Positions 1 to 9,898 of a DNA stretch of 64,000 nt are shown piece after piece. The notes below the pieces were generated by a model. The model saw only the letters and a program-made list of their open reading frames with translations. It ran no database searches and was not told the DNA's origin. The DNA is from Planctomycetota bacterium. GTDB lineage: Bacteria; Planctomycetota; B15-G4. Every line of letters starts with the position of its first letter. The first letter of the stretch is position 1. The translations under genes were made by a program, and so were the position numbers. Location of the stretch: positions 512,001 through 576,000 of the forward strand of contig CBDFJQ010000002.1 in NCBI GenBank assembly GCA_965248575.1, in the 5' to 3' direction.

Positions 1-1458
1 CACGTCGCGGGGCTGCGGCTGATTCCAGCGCCCGAGGAAGCGGAAGATGGCTCCGGCGAGGAGGCACCGGAGGACGTTGTCGCGCAAGAATCGTCGGCCT
101 CCGAGCTGCCCGTCGAGCCGACCGTCGAGCTACCCGTCGAAGAAGAGGCGGAGCGGCGCGTGGACGAGTTTCTCGTCACCGGGATTGATGTGTCCTACAC
201 CGACGAAACCACCGAGCCCGTGTTCATTCTCCCGCTGCGAGAGCTGGAAGTGGACGCGCGCAACCTCACGTCGCGGGCTTTGAAGGAGCCTCTGTCCCTG
301 CGCACCAGCACCCTACTGGGCATCGGTGCGGCGGAAGACGAGCAGGCCACCATCGGAGAGGTCGCCCTGCTCACGGATGTGAGCTTGTTTCCCGAGCTGA
401 CCGGCGGCGTGAAGTTCAACGTGAGTTCGCTGGAGGTGCTGCCCTTCAGCGGGCCTGCTTCGGCCGCAGGGGTCACCCTCAACAAGGGGGTGGTGGACGT
501 GACGACGGGCGTCTACTTCCCGGGCGACGGTGTCACGGAAGTGGACACCTCGCTGCAGCTCACCGACCTGGACATCTCCGAAGGTCCGGACGGCCCGCTG
601 GAGCGCATCCTGAGCCTTCCGGCTCCCTTGGACGTCGTGCTCTTCGTGCTGCGGGACGAGTCCGGCACGATCGGCATCCCGCTCTCCTTCGAGATGGACG
701 AAGACGGGCTCTCCCTGCTGTCCTTGAGTGGGGCGGCAGTCTCGGCACTGAGTTCCTTGGTGGTGAGCGCGGTGGCCAGCTCACCCTTCCGCATGGCCAG
801 CGCGCTCGGGGAGCTCACCGGCTTGTCCGGCGCGGAGGAAGAGCGCGATCTGGAACCCGTGCTGGTTGACTATGCCCCTGCCTCGCCCTTTGTTCTGGAG
901 CCTACGGACGCCGCGTTCAGTGAGTTGCACGCGAGGCTGATCGAGGATCCCAGGCTCGTGGTGACCCTGCGGCATGAGTTCGGAAAAGAAGACGTGGCCC
1001 TGGTGTCGCAACGGGCCAACCCTTCCGAGCAGACGTGCCTCGCTCTCTTGTCTGAGCTTCGTGCCCACAAGGCAGACCTGCTGAGCGAGCGGGCCGCCGC
1101 CGAAGAGGCCGCCCGCGCAGCGTTGTTCACGCGGGGTGCCGCGCACGGCGCCGAGGAGAGGCGCCTGCTGGGCGAGGTGGATCGTCGCTTGGGAGAGACG
1201 GAACGGGCGTTGGATGAATTGGTGGAGGTGCTGCGCCCCGGTGCAGACCGCAAACGGAAGACGCGCACCAAGACGGCATCCCTCGAGTTGGGCAACCTGC
1301 GCCTGGCTGAGACCCGTCGAGAGATCCTCGGCAGCAACGCTCGGGAAGCGGCGCGGCTGGCAGAGCGGGTGCGGGTGGTCCGGGCGCGTTACAAGGATGC
1401 TGAGCTTCCGTCCGGAGGACGGGTGACGCTGGAGTTCTCGGCGAAGACGGCCGAGTGA
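1..1458 (+). CDS. DUF748-like (AsmA-related) envelope protein, 5'-truncated by the window edge
   Basis: Frame is open from position 1 to the TGA at 1456-1458. Beta-rich region followed by 'VLRDESGTIGIPLSF' and a helical C-terminus, resembling DUF748 proteins. Confidence 0.6.
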   Translation, partial: HVAGLRLIPAPEEAEDGSGEEAPEDVVAQESSASELPVEPTVELPVEEEAERRVDEFLVTGIDVSYTDETTEPVFILPLRELEVDARNLTSRALKEPLSLRTSTLLGIGAAEDEQATIGEVALLTDVSLFPELTGGVKFNVSSLEVLPFSGPASAAGVTLNKGVVDVTTGVYFPGDGVTEVDTSLQLTDLDISEGPDGPLERILSLPAPLDVVLFVLRDESGTIGIPLSFEMDEDGLSLLSLSGAAVSALSSLVVSAVASSPFRMASALGELTGLSGAEEERDLEPVLVDYAPASPFVLEPTDAAFSELHARLIEDPRLVVTLRHEFGKEDVALVSQRANPSEQTCLALLSELRAHKADLLSERAAAEEAARAALFTRGAAHGAEERRLLGEVDRRLGETERALDELVEVLRPGADRKRKTRTKTASLELGNLRLAETRREILGSNAREAARLAERVRVVRARYKDAELPSGGRVTLEFSAKTAE

Positions 1459-1482
1459 CCAGGGGGTGGGCCCGACCGTCTG

Positions 1483-4095
1483 TCAGGCCGGGGCCTTGGA
1501 GGGAGCGCGCTTGCCGGAGGTGAGCGATGTGGCGAGGCTCGAGAGCTGGATCTCGGCCTGGCTCAGCTCCTGCTTGGCGGTACTCGCCTGGGTCTCGAGG
1601 CTGCGACGCTGACGTTCGGCAGCGGCTGCGCGCTGGAAAGCTTCGCGCGCCTTGCGTTCCAGTGCCTCCTCGCGCCGCGAGCGTGAGCCGTCGCTCTCGG
1701 TGGGGTGCTCGAGCTTGTACTGGTCGATCTGTTCCAGCGCCTTGAGTGCGCTGCGCCGACTGTCCTGGGCATTCTTGTGGGCAGGCACCAGGTCCGCCTC
1801 GAGCCGGTCGATCAGTTTCTTGAGTGCTCGAGCCGCATCCCCCAGCGCCGCCATCTCTCCGGGAGCACCCTGTTCGGGGTCGGCGTCCAGAGCGACATCG
1901 TCCACGGCCCGAACCAACGCCACCGCAGGAAGGTGCTGGAGCATGGGGCCCACGGGGCGGCCATAGGCATCGAGCGCGGAAAGCCCGCGCATGCGCAGGG
2001 AGGCGAACACCATGCAGGCATCGCCCGACTCGCGGAAGAACACGTCCGAGGTCATCTCCGAGACGATGTGCACCTCGGCTTCAATGCGAACCTCTTCCAG
2101 GGTTTCCCGGAGCTGTTCCTCCATGGGCCCACGCGAGCGCTTGTTGACGGCGAGGATCAAGCGCAGCGTGGCGTTCTCCCACATGGGATCGCGAGTCATC
2201 ATGTACGCCAGCAGCAGCATCAGTCGACCGGATTTGTCCGGCGACCACCAGATGTCGATGCGGCGTTGCTGCGGTGGCTTGCTGGCGACGGTGACCCAGT
2301 CGTCGGACAGTCCGTCAAACAGCACGACGTTCACACCGAGGGTGGCTGCGGAGAGCACACGCTCGGAGAGGCGTTCGCTTTCGGCGTCGCCAGCGCCGTC
2401 CACCTGGTCACACCAGTTCAGGAGGATGGTGTTGGCTTTCAGCGGCCCCAGGCCGTGCGACTGGATCACGGTGCGGGCCGCGATCTCCGTCGACGGCGCC
2501 GTGACCACCAAGGGGAAGGCCTTGAGGTCATGGGCTTCGAGATCCTCTTCCAGTTCCTTGCGCGCGAGAGCGCAGCGCTGGAGGGCTGCCTGCCCTTGGC
2601 CCTCGAGCACCTGCACGATGGTGGTCATGCCCGCGCCGCCTTCGATCCAGTTGGCGAAGCGTAGGGCCGGGGCGCGCCGACGTGTGGTGTCCGAGAAGAA
2701 GAGCAGGTGCGGGCGCCAGTTGCGCGCATGCACGGGTTCCTTGGACATCAGTTTCAGGTTCTTGCGAACCGCGTGGAAGTACTGATCCCGGCGCCCGTCA
2801 CTCCAGCGCTTCTGGCCCGAGATGCGCTGGACGAAACGCTGAAGCAGGAAGAGGAACGTGAGGGCTGCGAGGCTGGCGATGACGTTGATGGCCAGCATGA
2901 CTCCCAGACACGCCACGGCACCCAACATGCTGGTGCGCATGTTGAACCACCGGAACCTGGGCCGGAACGAGGGGCTCTGGGCGATGGCCTCCAGGGCCGT
3001 CGCGTAGTTGAGCAGGCCGTAGGAAATCAGGAAGAACATCGACACCACGGGGGCGATGACATCCACGCCACCCAAGCCCACGACACCCAAGGAGATCCCC
3101 AAGGTCAGGAGGGTCCCCAGGCGTGGGTTGTTGGACGGGCCGAAGCCCTTGGAGAAGGGGCCGAGCCCCGGAAAGATCTTGTCGGACGCCAGGGCCTGGA
3201 GGATGCGCGGTGCACCCATGAACGAGGCCAAGGCGGAGGAGAGGGTGGCCGCGACGAGACCGGCTGTCATCAGGGCGGGCAGGACCGAAATGGTGTTCAT
3301 GGCCTCGTAGTCGGCCGTGAGTTCCGCGGACGTCAAGCTGCCGGCAGCGAAGACGGCTGCCGTGCCGTAGACGATCAGCGAAACGAAGATCGCTGCGAAG
3401 GTCCCAGACGGCAGGCTGCGGCTCGGGTTGCGCAGGTCGCCGCTCATGCTCACCCCTTGGGTGAAACCGGTGACCGCCGGAAAGAAGAGCGCGAAGAGGA
3501 CCCAGAAGCCTGGTGCGTCCGGCGCGCGTGTGTTCCAATTCTGCTGCAGTTGCTGGACATCGAAGGCCTGGTACCCGCCGATGAAGAAGGAGGCCAGGGC
3601 TGCCACCAGGGCGGCCATGACCACGTACTGCAAGCGCGTGGCCCAGTCGCTGCCCAACCAGGCGAAGGCGAACAAGAACAGGGTGGCTGCTGCTGCCACG
3701 CCCGTGGCTCCGATAGGCGAACCCTCCGGCAGCATGAGCGCCACGGCCTCCCCGAGACCGATGCAGTAGAAAGCCACGGAGATGGACTGGGCTAGGTACA
3801 GCACGATGCCCAGGGCGCCACCGTAAGTGACCCCCAGGCTGCGAGAGATCAGGTAGTAGTCCCCGCCGCCTTTCACCCGCATGTTCGTGGCGATGGCGGA
3901 GAGCGACGTGCTGGTGAGGATCGAGATGGTGTGGGCGATGCAGAGGATCAGCAACATCTGCATCAAGCCGGCGCCGCCCACCACATACCCGAGGCGCCGG
4001 AAGAGGATCAGCCCGAGGATGGTCAGGATGCTGGGGGTGAAGACACCTGCGAAGGTGCCCAGACCGGTGGCGGGTTTTGGCTCGGGGTTCGACAT
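1483..4095 (-). CDS. Cation-chloride cotransporter (SLC12/CCC-like, APC superfamily) with cytoplasmic domain and coiled-coil tail
   Basis: Motifs LGTFAGVFTPSILTILG, SAIATN.RVKGGGDYYLISRSLG, FFPAVTG, SGDLRNPSRSLPSGT and NWRP; about 12 hydrophobic segments. Confidence 0.88.
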   Translation of the reverse strand: MSNPEPKPATGLGTFAGVFTPSILTILGLILFRRLGYVVGGAGLMQMLLILCIAHTISILTSTSLSAIATNMRVKGGGDYYLISRSLGVTYGGALGIVLYLAQSISVAFYCIGLGEAVALMLPEGSPIGATGVAAAATLFLFAFAWLGSDWATRLQYVVMAALVAALASFFIGGYQAFDVQQLQQNWNTRAPDAPGFWVLFALFFPAVTGFTQGVSMSGDLRNPSRSLPSGTFAAIFVSLIVYGTAAVFAAGSLTSAELTADYEAMNTISVLPALMTAGLVAATLSSALASFMGAPRILQALASDKIFPGLGPFSKGFGPSNNPRLGTLLTLGISLGVVGLGGVDVIAPVVSMFFLISYGLLNYATALEAIAQSPSFRPRFRWFNMRTSMLGAVACLGVMLAINVIASLAALTFLFLLQRFVQRISGQKRWSDGRRDQYFHAVRKNLKLMSKEPVHARNWRPHLLFFSDTTRRRAPALRFANWIEGGAGMTTIVQVLEGQGQAALQRCALARKELEEDLEAHDLKAFPLVVTAPSTEIAARTVIQSHGLGPLKANTILLNWCDQVDGAGDAESERLSERVLSAATLGVNVVLFDGLSDDWVTVASKPPQQRRIDIWWSPDKSGRLMLLLAYMMTRDPMWENATLRLILAVNKRSRGPMEEQLRETLEEVRIEAEVHIVSEMTSDVFFRESGDACMVFASLRMRGLSALDAYGRPVGPMLQHLPAVALVRAVDDVALDADPEQGAPGEMAALGDAARALKKLIDRLEADLVPAHKNAQDSRRSALKALEQIDQYKLEHPTESDGSRSRREEALERKAREAFQRAAAAERQRRSLETQASTAKQELSQAEIQLSSLATSLTSGKRAPSKAPA

Positions 4096-4202
4096 GGTGG
4101 ATCCGCCCCTGGTCGGGCGGACCCTCCTCTATCGGACGCAGGCGGGGGGGACCTTCACTGCGGTTGAGGGGCCCCGAGGGCCCAAAGAGCTAGGCCGAGC
4201 CC

Positions 4203-7200
4203 TCAGCGGAGGGGAGCTGCCGCCCCTGTGCCTGGCCCGGGCTTGGTGCTGCCCGTGAGCATGATGGCGTGGGGGTGCCTCTGGGCCAGCACACCCCGCA
4301 GTCTCTGCATGATCTCGGCCGTCTGAAGCAGGGAATTGCCCGATCCGGCGCGCTCCCGCAGGGCCTGGGGCAGGATGCGCAACCCGTCGAAGTGGTAGAC
4401 GTCCAGCCAGAAGTCGGCGCTGCTGAGCAGGAAGCTCTCAGCCTTGCCGCGCCGGACCTCCTCGGAGTCACCGCAGGCGAGCGCCGCTAATGATTCGGCC
4501 GAGAGGCTGGTGCCAGCGGGCGGCCAGGTGAGCAGCACGCCCACGTCGGCCTGGTGCAATGAGTCCACCATGCGCATCACATCGTGTGGGGTGCCCAGGC
4601 GGGCATCGGGCGCGAAGTCCGCAGAGAGCTGGGATCCATCGGCGAGTTCCCTGCTCTCCATCAGGCGTGGGAGCACGACGAGGGTCCGTTGGCAAGGCAG
4701 CGTCCGTTGGCGAGGCCTGTTGCGCGCCTTCTTGCCCCGCACGAACTCGAGGATCTGGGCGCACAGGGTGTCGGCGCTCTGCCGACCCCAGAGCTCAGCC
4801 GGGAGCTCCAGGACGTTGGGCGGGGCGGAGGCTTGGCCGCGCAGTGCGCACCAGCTCTCGTCGCCCCAACGATAGGGTCGCGAGGCGGCTGCGGCGCAGT
4901 CGCCGGTGCCGATCGGGAAGTGACGCGCTGCCGGGTCATGCTCCGTGCGTGTCTGACCCTGTGCGCTGACGCGAAAGCGATAGCGGTCGTCGTCTGAGGG
5001 TCGGGCGGGTCGACCCGGCACGAACACCTCCCAGAGATCGTCGCCGCGGGACTCCATGGGGAAGAACCGGCCTCTGCGCACGTCCTCCAGTTCCACGAGT
5101 TGTGCACCGCTCGACCAGCACAGGGCGTGCAGGCCCGAGACTTCATCAACCAGCACGCGCGAGGCGCCGAGGCGCTCATGCAGGTGCAAGTGTCGACCGG
5201 TGCGGAACAGCGCGCGGTCAGCCGCAGTCAGGACCGTGGGGTTGGGCGATTCCGCGAATTCGTGCGCGGCAGAAGGGAACGGCTGACGCCGCGCCGTGGA
5301 GAGGGTTTTCAGCGCCGCCTCCAGGCGTGGCTGCAAGTCGGGGTCGCTGCGCCATGCTTCGGGGCCGAAGAGCGCGCGCCGGCGCCAGTTCGGTCGTTCG
5401 CGGTGCGTGCCAGGCACATTGTGCGGCCGCGCTTCCTGCCAGAGATCCTCGAGGCTCACGAGCACCAAGGGCGAGGATCCTCGCGCGAGTTGCGTCAGGC
5501 AGGCCAGGGCCAGGGAGCTATCGCTTTCGGGTTCCGACTCGGGTGGGCTGCGGCTCAGCAGGCCTTCTCCGCGCAACCAACGCCGCAGGTCGGAGATCAA
5601 CCGGCTCCGGGCCTGGGTCGCGTCGCGGGCGCCTGCCTCCGTGAACAGTCCGAGCTCGAGCAGATCGTCGATGTCGAGCCCGCGTCGAAAGGCCTCGAAG
5701 GTGGGTGTGTCGTGGGTGTTCAGGCTGGTCATCGCGGACGGGTTGGGAAGGCTGGGCCCTCCGCCCGCCAAGTCGAACTGCATGACGCCCAGGCGCGTGA
5801 TGTTGTGTCGCTGCATGGACGAGCGCACGGTGCGGGGAACCGTTCCCAGGTCTTCACCGACGATGGAGGCCCGGTGCCGATGAGATTCGAGGCAGAGCAC
5901 CGCGTACTGCTCCTCGGCGCGAGTTCGCACGTAGACACCCTGGGTGGCGTCCATGCCATGGGGCACCCAGTACAGCCGGTGCAGGGACATGACGTGGTCC
6001 ATGCGCAGCGTGGACGCGAGCTCGAGGTGGTGCCGCAAGGTCGCCGCCAGGTCGCGGTATCCGTCGGCCCGTACGGCGTCCGGAATGCGGGGCGGGAAGC
6101 CCCAGGACTGGCCCTTGGTGAAGAAGGTGTCGGGCGGTGCGCCGGCGCTCATGCGGTGGGCGAACAGCTGGGGGTGGCGCCAGGTGTCGAATCCGCTTCC
6201 GTGCACGCCGAGCGGAAGGTCGAGCAGCAGTCCTGTGCCCGTCTGGGCTCCGAGTTCTGCGGTCGCCTTCAGCTGAAGGTGGCTGACCCACTGGGCGTAG
6301 CCCCAGAAGTGGGTTCGCTGCGGGTCGTGGTCCGAAGCCCGGAGGTTGCCGGCCTGCATGCGCTCGGGCCAGAGCTGCCAGCCGCTCTGGCGCATGTCGA
6401 CTGCGGCGCGGAAGCGCGCGTACTCGGCGATCTGCGGGCGTTCCCGGAGGAAGGCCGACAGCGCATCCATCCGTTGCCCACCCTGCTGGGCGCAGCGGGA
6501 CGCCATGGCCTCCAGGACCGGCCGCTTCAAAGCCCAGAGCCGGCGGTAGTCCAAGGTTTCAGCGTTGGAGAGTTGGGAGCGTTCGGCGGCCCATTCCGCC
6601 GACTCCATGAGCTGGCGTGCGGCGTCGCTCGACGCAAACTCCGGCTCACGGGTTGGGTCGATGAAGAGTTCGTTCCAGCACTGCCGGCTCGTGGGTGAGT
6701 AGGGGCTGGGCTCGAAGAGCGGGTCTTCGAGGAAGGCTGGCAGCAGCGGCAAGGTGGCCACGGATTGGCCACCCGCCTCGCCCGTCCAGCGCACCAGCTC
6801 TTGCAGCAGACTGTAGTCTCCGCAGCCCCAATCGTCGGCGCCGCGCAGGGCATAGGTGGGGAGGAATGAGCCCCAGGCTCGGCCTGGGGGCTCGGCGTAG
6901 GCCCGCACCGGGGCGGAGATCACGTGCACCTGCGCCTGTCGGCCGCCAGCTTGGACGTGGAGCCGGTGGAATCCCCAGGGCAGTCTGAGCCGGGTGTCCC
7001 AGCGGTAGGTGAGCACCTGTTCGCCGTCCAGATGAGCGCTGCGTCCGCGGGCCACGAGCGGCAGGTCGTCCAAGTGCCGATGCAGCGACTGGATGTCGCC
7101 CCCCTCCAGCTGGAAGGACGCGCTGGCAAGACCCTTGGGGTGCGGCCCCGCGAGGCGGATCTCCAAGGCGGGCAGCGCGCCGTTCCAGGCGACGAGCACC

Positions 7201-7412
7201 GGTTCCATGAGCGTGCGCGCGCGGCGGGCCCGGCGTTCCCGCAGGGCTGCGGGAACATCCCCGGGGCTCGTGATGGGTGCGCCCAAGGCAGCCAGGACGG
7301 CGACCAAGGTCTCCGAGCTAGCGATGTGTCGCTGGCCCTGCATGTCGTACGACCCGACCTGGACGCCATAGGCGTGGGCGAGGCGGTGGAGGTCGCTGGA
7401 CGGTGGGTTCAC
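4203..7412 (-). CDS. malQ: 4-alpha-glucanotransferase (GH77) fused to a degenerate GlgB-like C-terminal region
   Basis: GH77 motifs PSPYSP, DLPLG, GAPPD, WGFPP, RMDHVM, GEDLGTVP, NTHDTPT, NVPGT..PNWR. The last ~350 aa resemble the N-terminal half of GlgB. Confidence 0.88.
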   Translation of the reverse strand: MNPPSSDLHRLAHAYGVQVGSYDMQGQRHIASSETLVAVLAALGAPITSPGDVPAALRERRARRARTLMEPVLVAWNGALPALEIRLAGPHPKGLASASFQLEGGDIQSLHRHLDDLPLVARGRSAHLDGEQVLTYRWDTRLRLPWGFHRLHVQAGGRQAQVHVISAPVRAYAEPPGRAWGSFLPTYALRGADDWGCGDYSLLQELVRWTGEAGGQSVATLPLLPAFLEDPLFEPSPYSPTSRQCWNELFIDPTREPEFASSDAARQLMESAEWAAERSQLSNAETLDYRRLWALKRPVLEAMASRCAQQGGQRMDALSAFLRERPQIAEYARFRAAVDMRQSGWQLWPERMQAGNLRASDHDPQRTHFWGYAQWVSHLQLKATAELGAQTGTGLLLDLPLGVHGSGFDTWRHPQLFAHRMSAGAPPDTFFTKGQSWGFPPRIPDAVRADGYRDLAATLRHHLELASTLRMDHVMSLHRLYWVPHGMDATQGVYVRTRAEEQYAVLCLESHRHRASIVGEDLGTVPRTVRSSMQRHNITRLGVMQFDLAGGGPSLPNPSAMTSLNTHDTPTFEAFRRGLDIDDLLELGLFTEAGARDATQARSRLISDLRRWLRGEGLLSRSPPESEPESDSSLALACLTQLARGSSPLVLVSLEDLWQEARPHNVPGTHRERPNWRRRALFGPEAWRSDPDLQPRLEAALKTLSTARRQPFPSAAHEFAESPNPTVLTAADRALFRTGRHLHLHERLGASRVLVDEVSGLHALCWSSGAQLVELEDVRRGRFFPMESRGDDLWEVFVPGRPARPSDDDRYRFRVSAQGQTRTEHDPAARHFPIGTGDCAAAASRPYRWGDESWCALRGQASAPPNVLELPAELWGRQSADTLCAQILEFVRGKKARNRPRQRTLPCQRTLVVLPRLMESRELADGSQLSADFAPDARLGTPHDVMRMVDSLHQADVGVLLTWPPAGTSLSAESLAALACGDSEEVRRGKAESFLLSSADFWLDVYHFDGLRILPQALRERAGSGNSLLQTAEIMQRLRGVLAQRHPHAIMLTGSTKPGPGTGAAAPLR

Positions 7413-7440
7413 GGGAGCGACGAGTGCGGCGGGGCTGGCG

Positions 7441-8655
7441 TCAGACCGTCACCAGGTCTTCGTAAAGGGTGTCACGCAGGACGGGGACGCGGCCAGTCTC
7501 GCGGATCAATGAGCCGAGGCGTTCCGTGGTGAGTCCCTGGGGTGTCGTGGCGCCTGCGTCGTGGGTGATGTGTTCTTCAACCACCGTGCCATCGATGTCG
7601 TCCGCACCATAGTGCAGCGCGATCTGGGCGATGCGCAGACCGACCATGACCCAGTAGGCCTTGACGTGCGGGATGTTGTCGAGCATGAGGCGAGCGATGG
7701 CGATGGTCCGCAGGGCATCCAGCCCCGTGGTCTTGCCCAGCCGCTGCAGCGGTGTGTTCTCAGGGTGAAACACGAGCGGGATGAACTGCATGATGCCGCT
7801 CGTCTCATCCTGGAGCTGGCGGATCTGGTCCATGTGGTCCAGGCGCTCGTCCGTGGTCTCGATGTGGCCGAACAGCATCGTGGCGTTGGACTTGAGACCG
7901 GCGCCATGCACCACTCGGGCTGCCTCCAGCCACTCGGCGGGGGGCAGCTTGCCGTTGTAGAGCTTGCGGTGCACACGTTCGCTGAGCACCTCGGCGCCGC
8001 CTCCCGGGCAGGAGTCCAGGCCCGCTTCCTTGAGTTCGCGGACGACGATGCCCAGGGGCTTGTCCGCCTGCTTCGCGATCTCGTTCAGCTCGATCATCGT
8101 GAAGCCCTTGATGTGCAGATGGGGCCTCGTCTTCTTGATGGTTCGCAGCAGGTCGAGGTAGTACTCGTAGGGCAGCTCGGGGTGGATGCCGCCCACGACG
8201 TGTACTTCCTTCATGCCGTCGGTGAACTCGTTGCCGATGCGGTTGGCAACGAAGTCCATGTCCATGGTGATGGCGTCGTCTTCGTGCCCGCTGCGCCGGA
8301 ACGCACAGAACATGCACTTGTAGGCGCAGACGTTCGTGTAGTTCAGGTGGCGGTTGAAGGTGAAGGTCGTGCGGTTTCCGTTGCGCAGCTCCGTCAGCCA
8401 GTTGGCGAGGGCACCCACGCCGGTGAGGTCCTGCGTGGCGAACAACACCTGGCCGTCTTCGACGCTGAGACGCTCCCCCGCGAAGACCTTGTCGCGGATG
8501 GGCAGCAGCTCGGGCGCCAGATCACTGAGAGCATCCGTGACAGGGGTGAAGCCATCCTGGGGCCCTTGGTTGCTCGGGAGTAGCGGGTAGGGAGAGACCG
8601 AGGGCACCAAGGTGCCGTCCCTCAAGGTGATGGGGCCTGCCGTCACGAGACTCAT
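7441..8655 (-). CDS. mqnE: Aminofutalosine synthase (radical SAM)
   Basis: NRHLNYTNVCAYKCMFCAF (CxxxCxxC), VGGIHP, PGGGAEV, SNATMLFGHIE, FIPLVFHPENT, HVKAYW, GADDIDGTVVEE. Confidence 0.9.
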   Translation of the reverse strand: MSLVTAGPITLRDGTLVPSVSPYPLLPSNQGPQDGFTPVTDALSDLAPELLPIRDKVFAGERLSVEDGQVLFATQDLTGVGALANWLTELRNGNRTTFTFNRHLNYTNVCAYKCMFCAFRRSGHEDDAITMDMDFVANRIGNEFTDGMKEVHVVGGIHPELPYEYYLDLLRTIKKTRPHLHIKGFTMIELNEIAKQADKPLGIVVRELKEAGLDSCPGGGAEVLSERVHRKLYNGKLPPAEWLEAARVVHGAGLKSNATMLFGHIETTDERLDHMDQIRQLQDETSGIMQFIPLVFHPENTPLQRLGKTTGLDALRTIAIARLMLDNIPHVKAYWVMVGLRIAQIALHYGADDIDGTVVEEHITHDAGATTPQGLTTERLGSLIRETGRVPVLRDTLYEDLVTV

Positions 8656-9833
8656 GCGGGGCTTCCTTGGTTCTGCTTCGTCGCTGCCGTGTCCCAGGGC
8701 CTCACGTCGCCCTCAGGGTTCTTGGTTGCCCAGTCCTCGTCCTGGTTGCGCTCCAGCACCTCGCCCTGCTCATCCACCCGGTCGTAGAACATGTTGCGCC
8801 GTGTGGGTGTGAAGCCTGCTGCCCGGATCTGCTTCTCCATCTCGGGGATGTCCGCCAGGCACTCGCAGTTGGCGGCCGAGACGACATTCTCTTCGATCAT
8901 CACCGAGCCCAGGTCGTTCATGCCGTATTGCAACGAGAGCCCGGCCATGTCGAGGCCCTGGGTCACGAAGCTGGCCTGGAAGTTGTCGATGTTGTCGATG
9001 AAGAGGCGACTCACGGCGGCCGTGCGCAGGTAGTCGAATCCGCCGGTCATGGGCGTGTCTTCCATCTGCGTGTGGGGCGCTTGGAACGTCCAGGAGATGA
9101 AGGCCGTGAAGCCTGCGGTCTCGTCCTGGAGATCGCGGATGCGGCGCATGTGCTCGACCCGCTCCTCAAGGGTCTCGACGTGCCCGAACATCATGGTCGC
9201 GGTGGTACGCAGCCCCTGCTTGTGGGCCTCGCGCATGACTTCCAACCACGGGTCCGACATGGTCTTGAGCGGGGAGATGAGCTTGCGCACCCGATCCACG
9301 AGGATCTCGCCGCCCCCACCGGGGATGGAATCGAGCCCTGCGGCCCGCATGCGCTGCAGCACTTCAGCCAGGGGCAGCTTGCTGACCTGGGCACAGTGCA
9401 GGATCTCGGAGCTGCTCAGGCCGTGGATGTGGATCGGCGCGTTTTGCTTGATCCCGCGGAACAGCGCCTCGTAGCGCTCGATGTCGTAGTCCGGGTGGTG
9501 CCCGCCCTGCAGCAGGATCTGCACACCCCCCAGGTCCCGGGTCTCGCGGATCTTCTCGTAGACCGTCTCGAGTGGGTGGTCGTAGCCCTCGGGGTCGCCC
9601 GGACGGCGATAGAAGGCGCAGAATTTGCACAGCGTGACGCACACATTGGTGTAGTTGATGTTGCGGTCGACGATGTAGCTGACCTCGTCCAGCGGGTGGC
9701 GCCGGCGGCGCACCGAATCGGCCAGCTGGCCCACGGCTGGGAGGTCGGGATGGCGCAGCAGCACCAGGGCGTCGTCTTCGCTGAGACGTTCCCCGGAGTG
9801 CACTTTTTCGGCAAGGGTGCGGAAGGTGGTCAT
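8652..9833 (-). CDS. mqnC: Cyclic dehypoxanthine futalosine synthase (radical SAM)
   Basis: YIVDRNINYTNVCVTLCKFCAFYR, LLQGGHHP, TTATMMFGHVE, GFTAFISWTFQ, NDLGSVMIEENVVSAA; 4-nt overlap with mqnE. Confidence 0.92.
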   Translation of the reverse strand: MTTFRTLAEKVHSGERLSEDDALVLLRHPDLPAVGQLADSVRRRRHPLDEVSYIVDRNINYTNVCVTLCKFCAFYRRPGDPEGYDHPLETVYEKIRETRDLGGVQILLQGGHHPDYDIERYEALFRGIKQNAPIHIHGLSSSEILHCAQVSKLPLAEVLQRMRAAGLDSIPGGGGEILVDRVRKLISPLKTMSDPWLEVMREAHKQGLRTTATMMFGHVETLEERVEHMRRIRDLQDETAGFTAFISWTFQAPHTQMEDTPMTGGFDYLRTAAVSRLFIDNIDNFQASFVTQGLDMAGLSLQYGMNDLGSVMIEENVVSAANCECLADIPEMEKQIRAAGFTPTRRNMFYDRVDEQGEVLERNQDEDWATKNPEGDVRPWDTAATKQNQGSPA

Positions 9834-9898
9834 CGTGCAGGAACTCTAGCAATTCCGGGCCGCATGGGCCGCGTCGGGAAGTAGGCTTGTCGGCACCT

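Noticed and set aside
7441..9833. CofH/F420 biosynthesis genes
   Set aside because: The motifs fit MqnE and MqnC, and no cofG or other cof genes are present.
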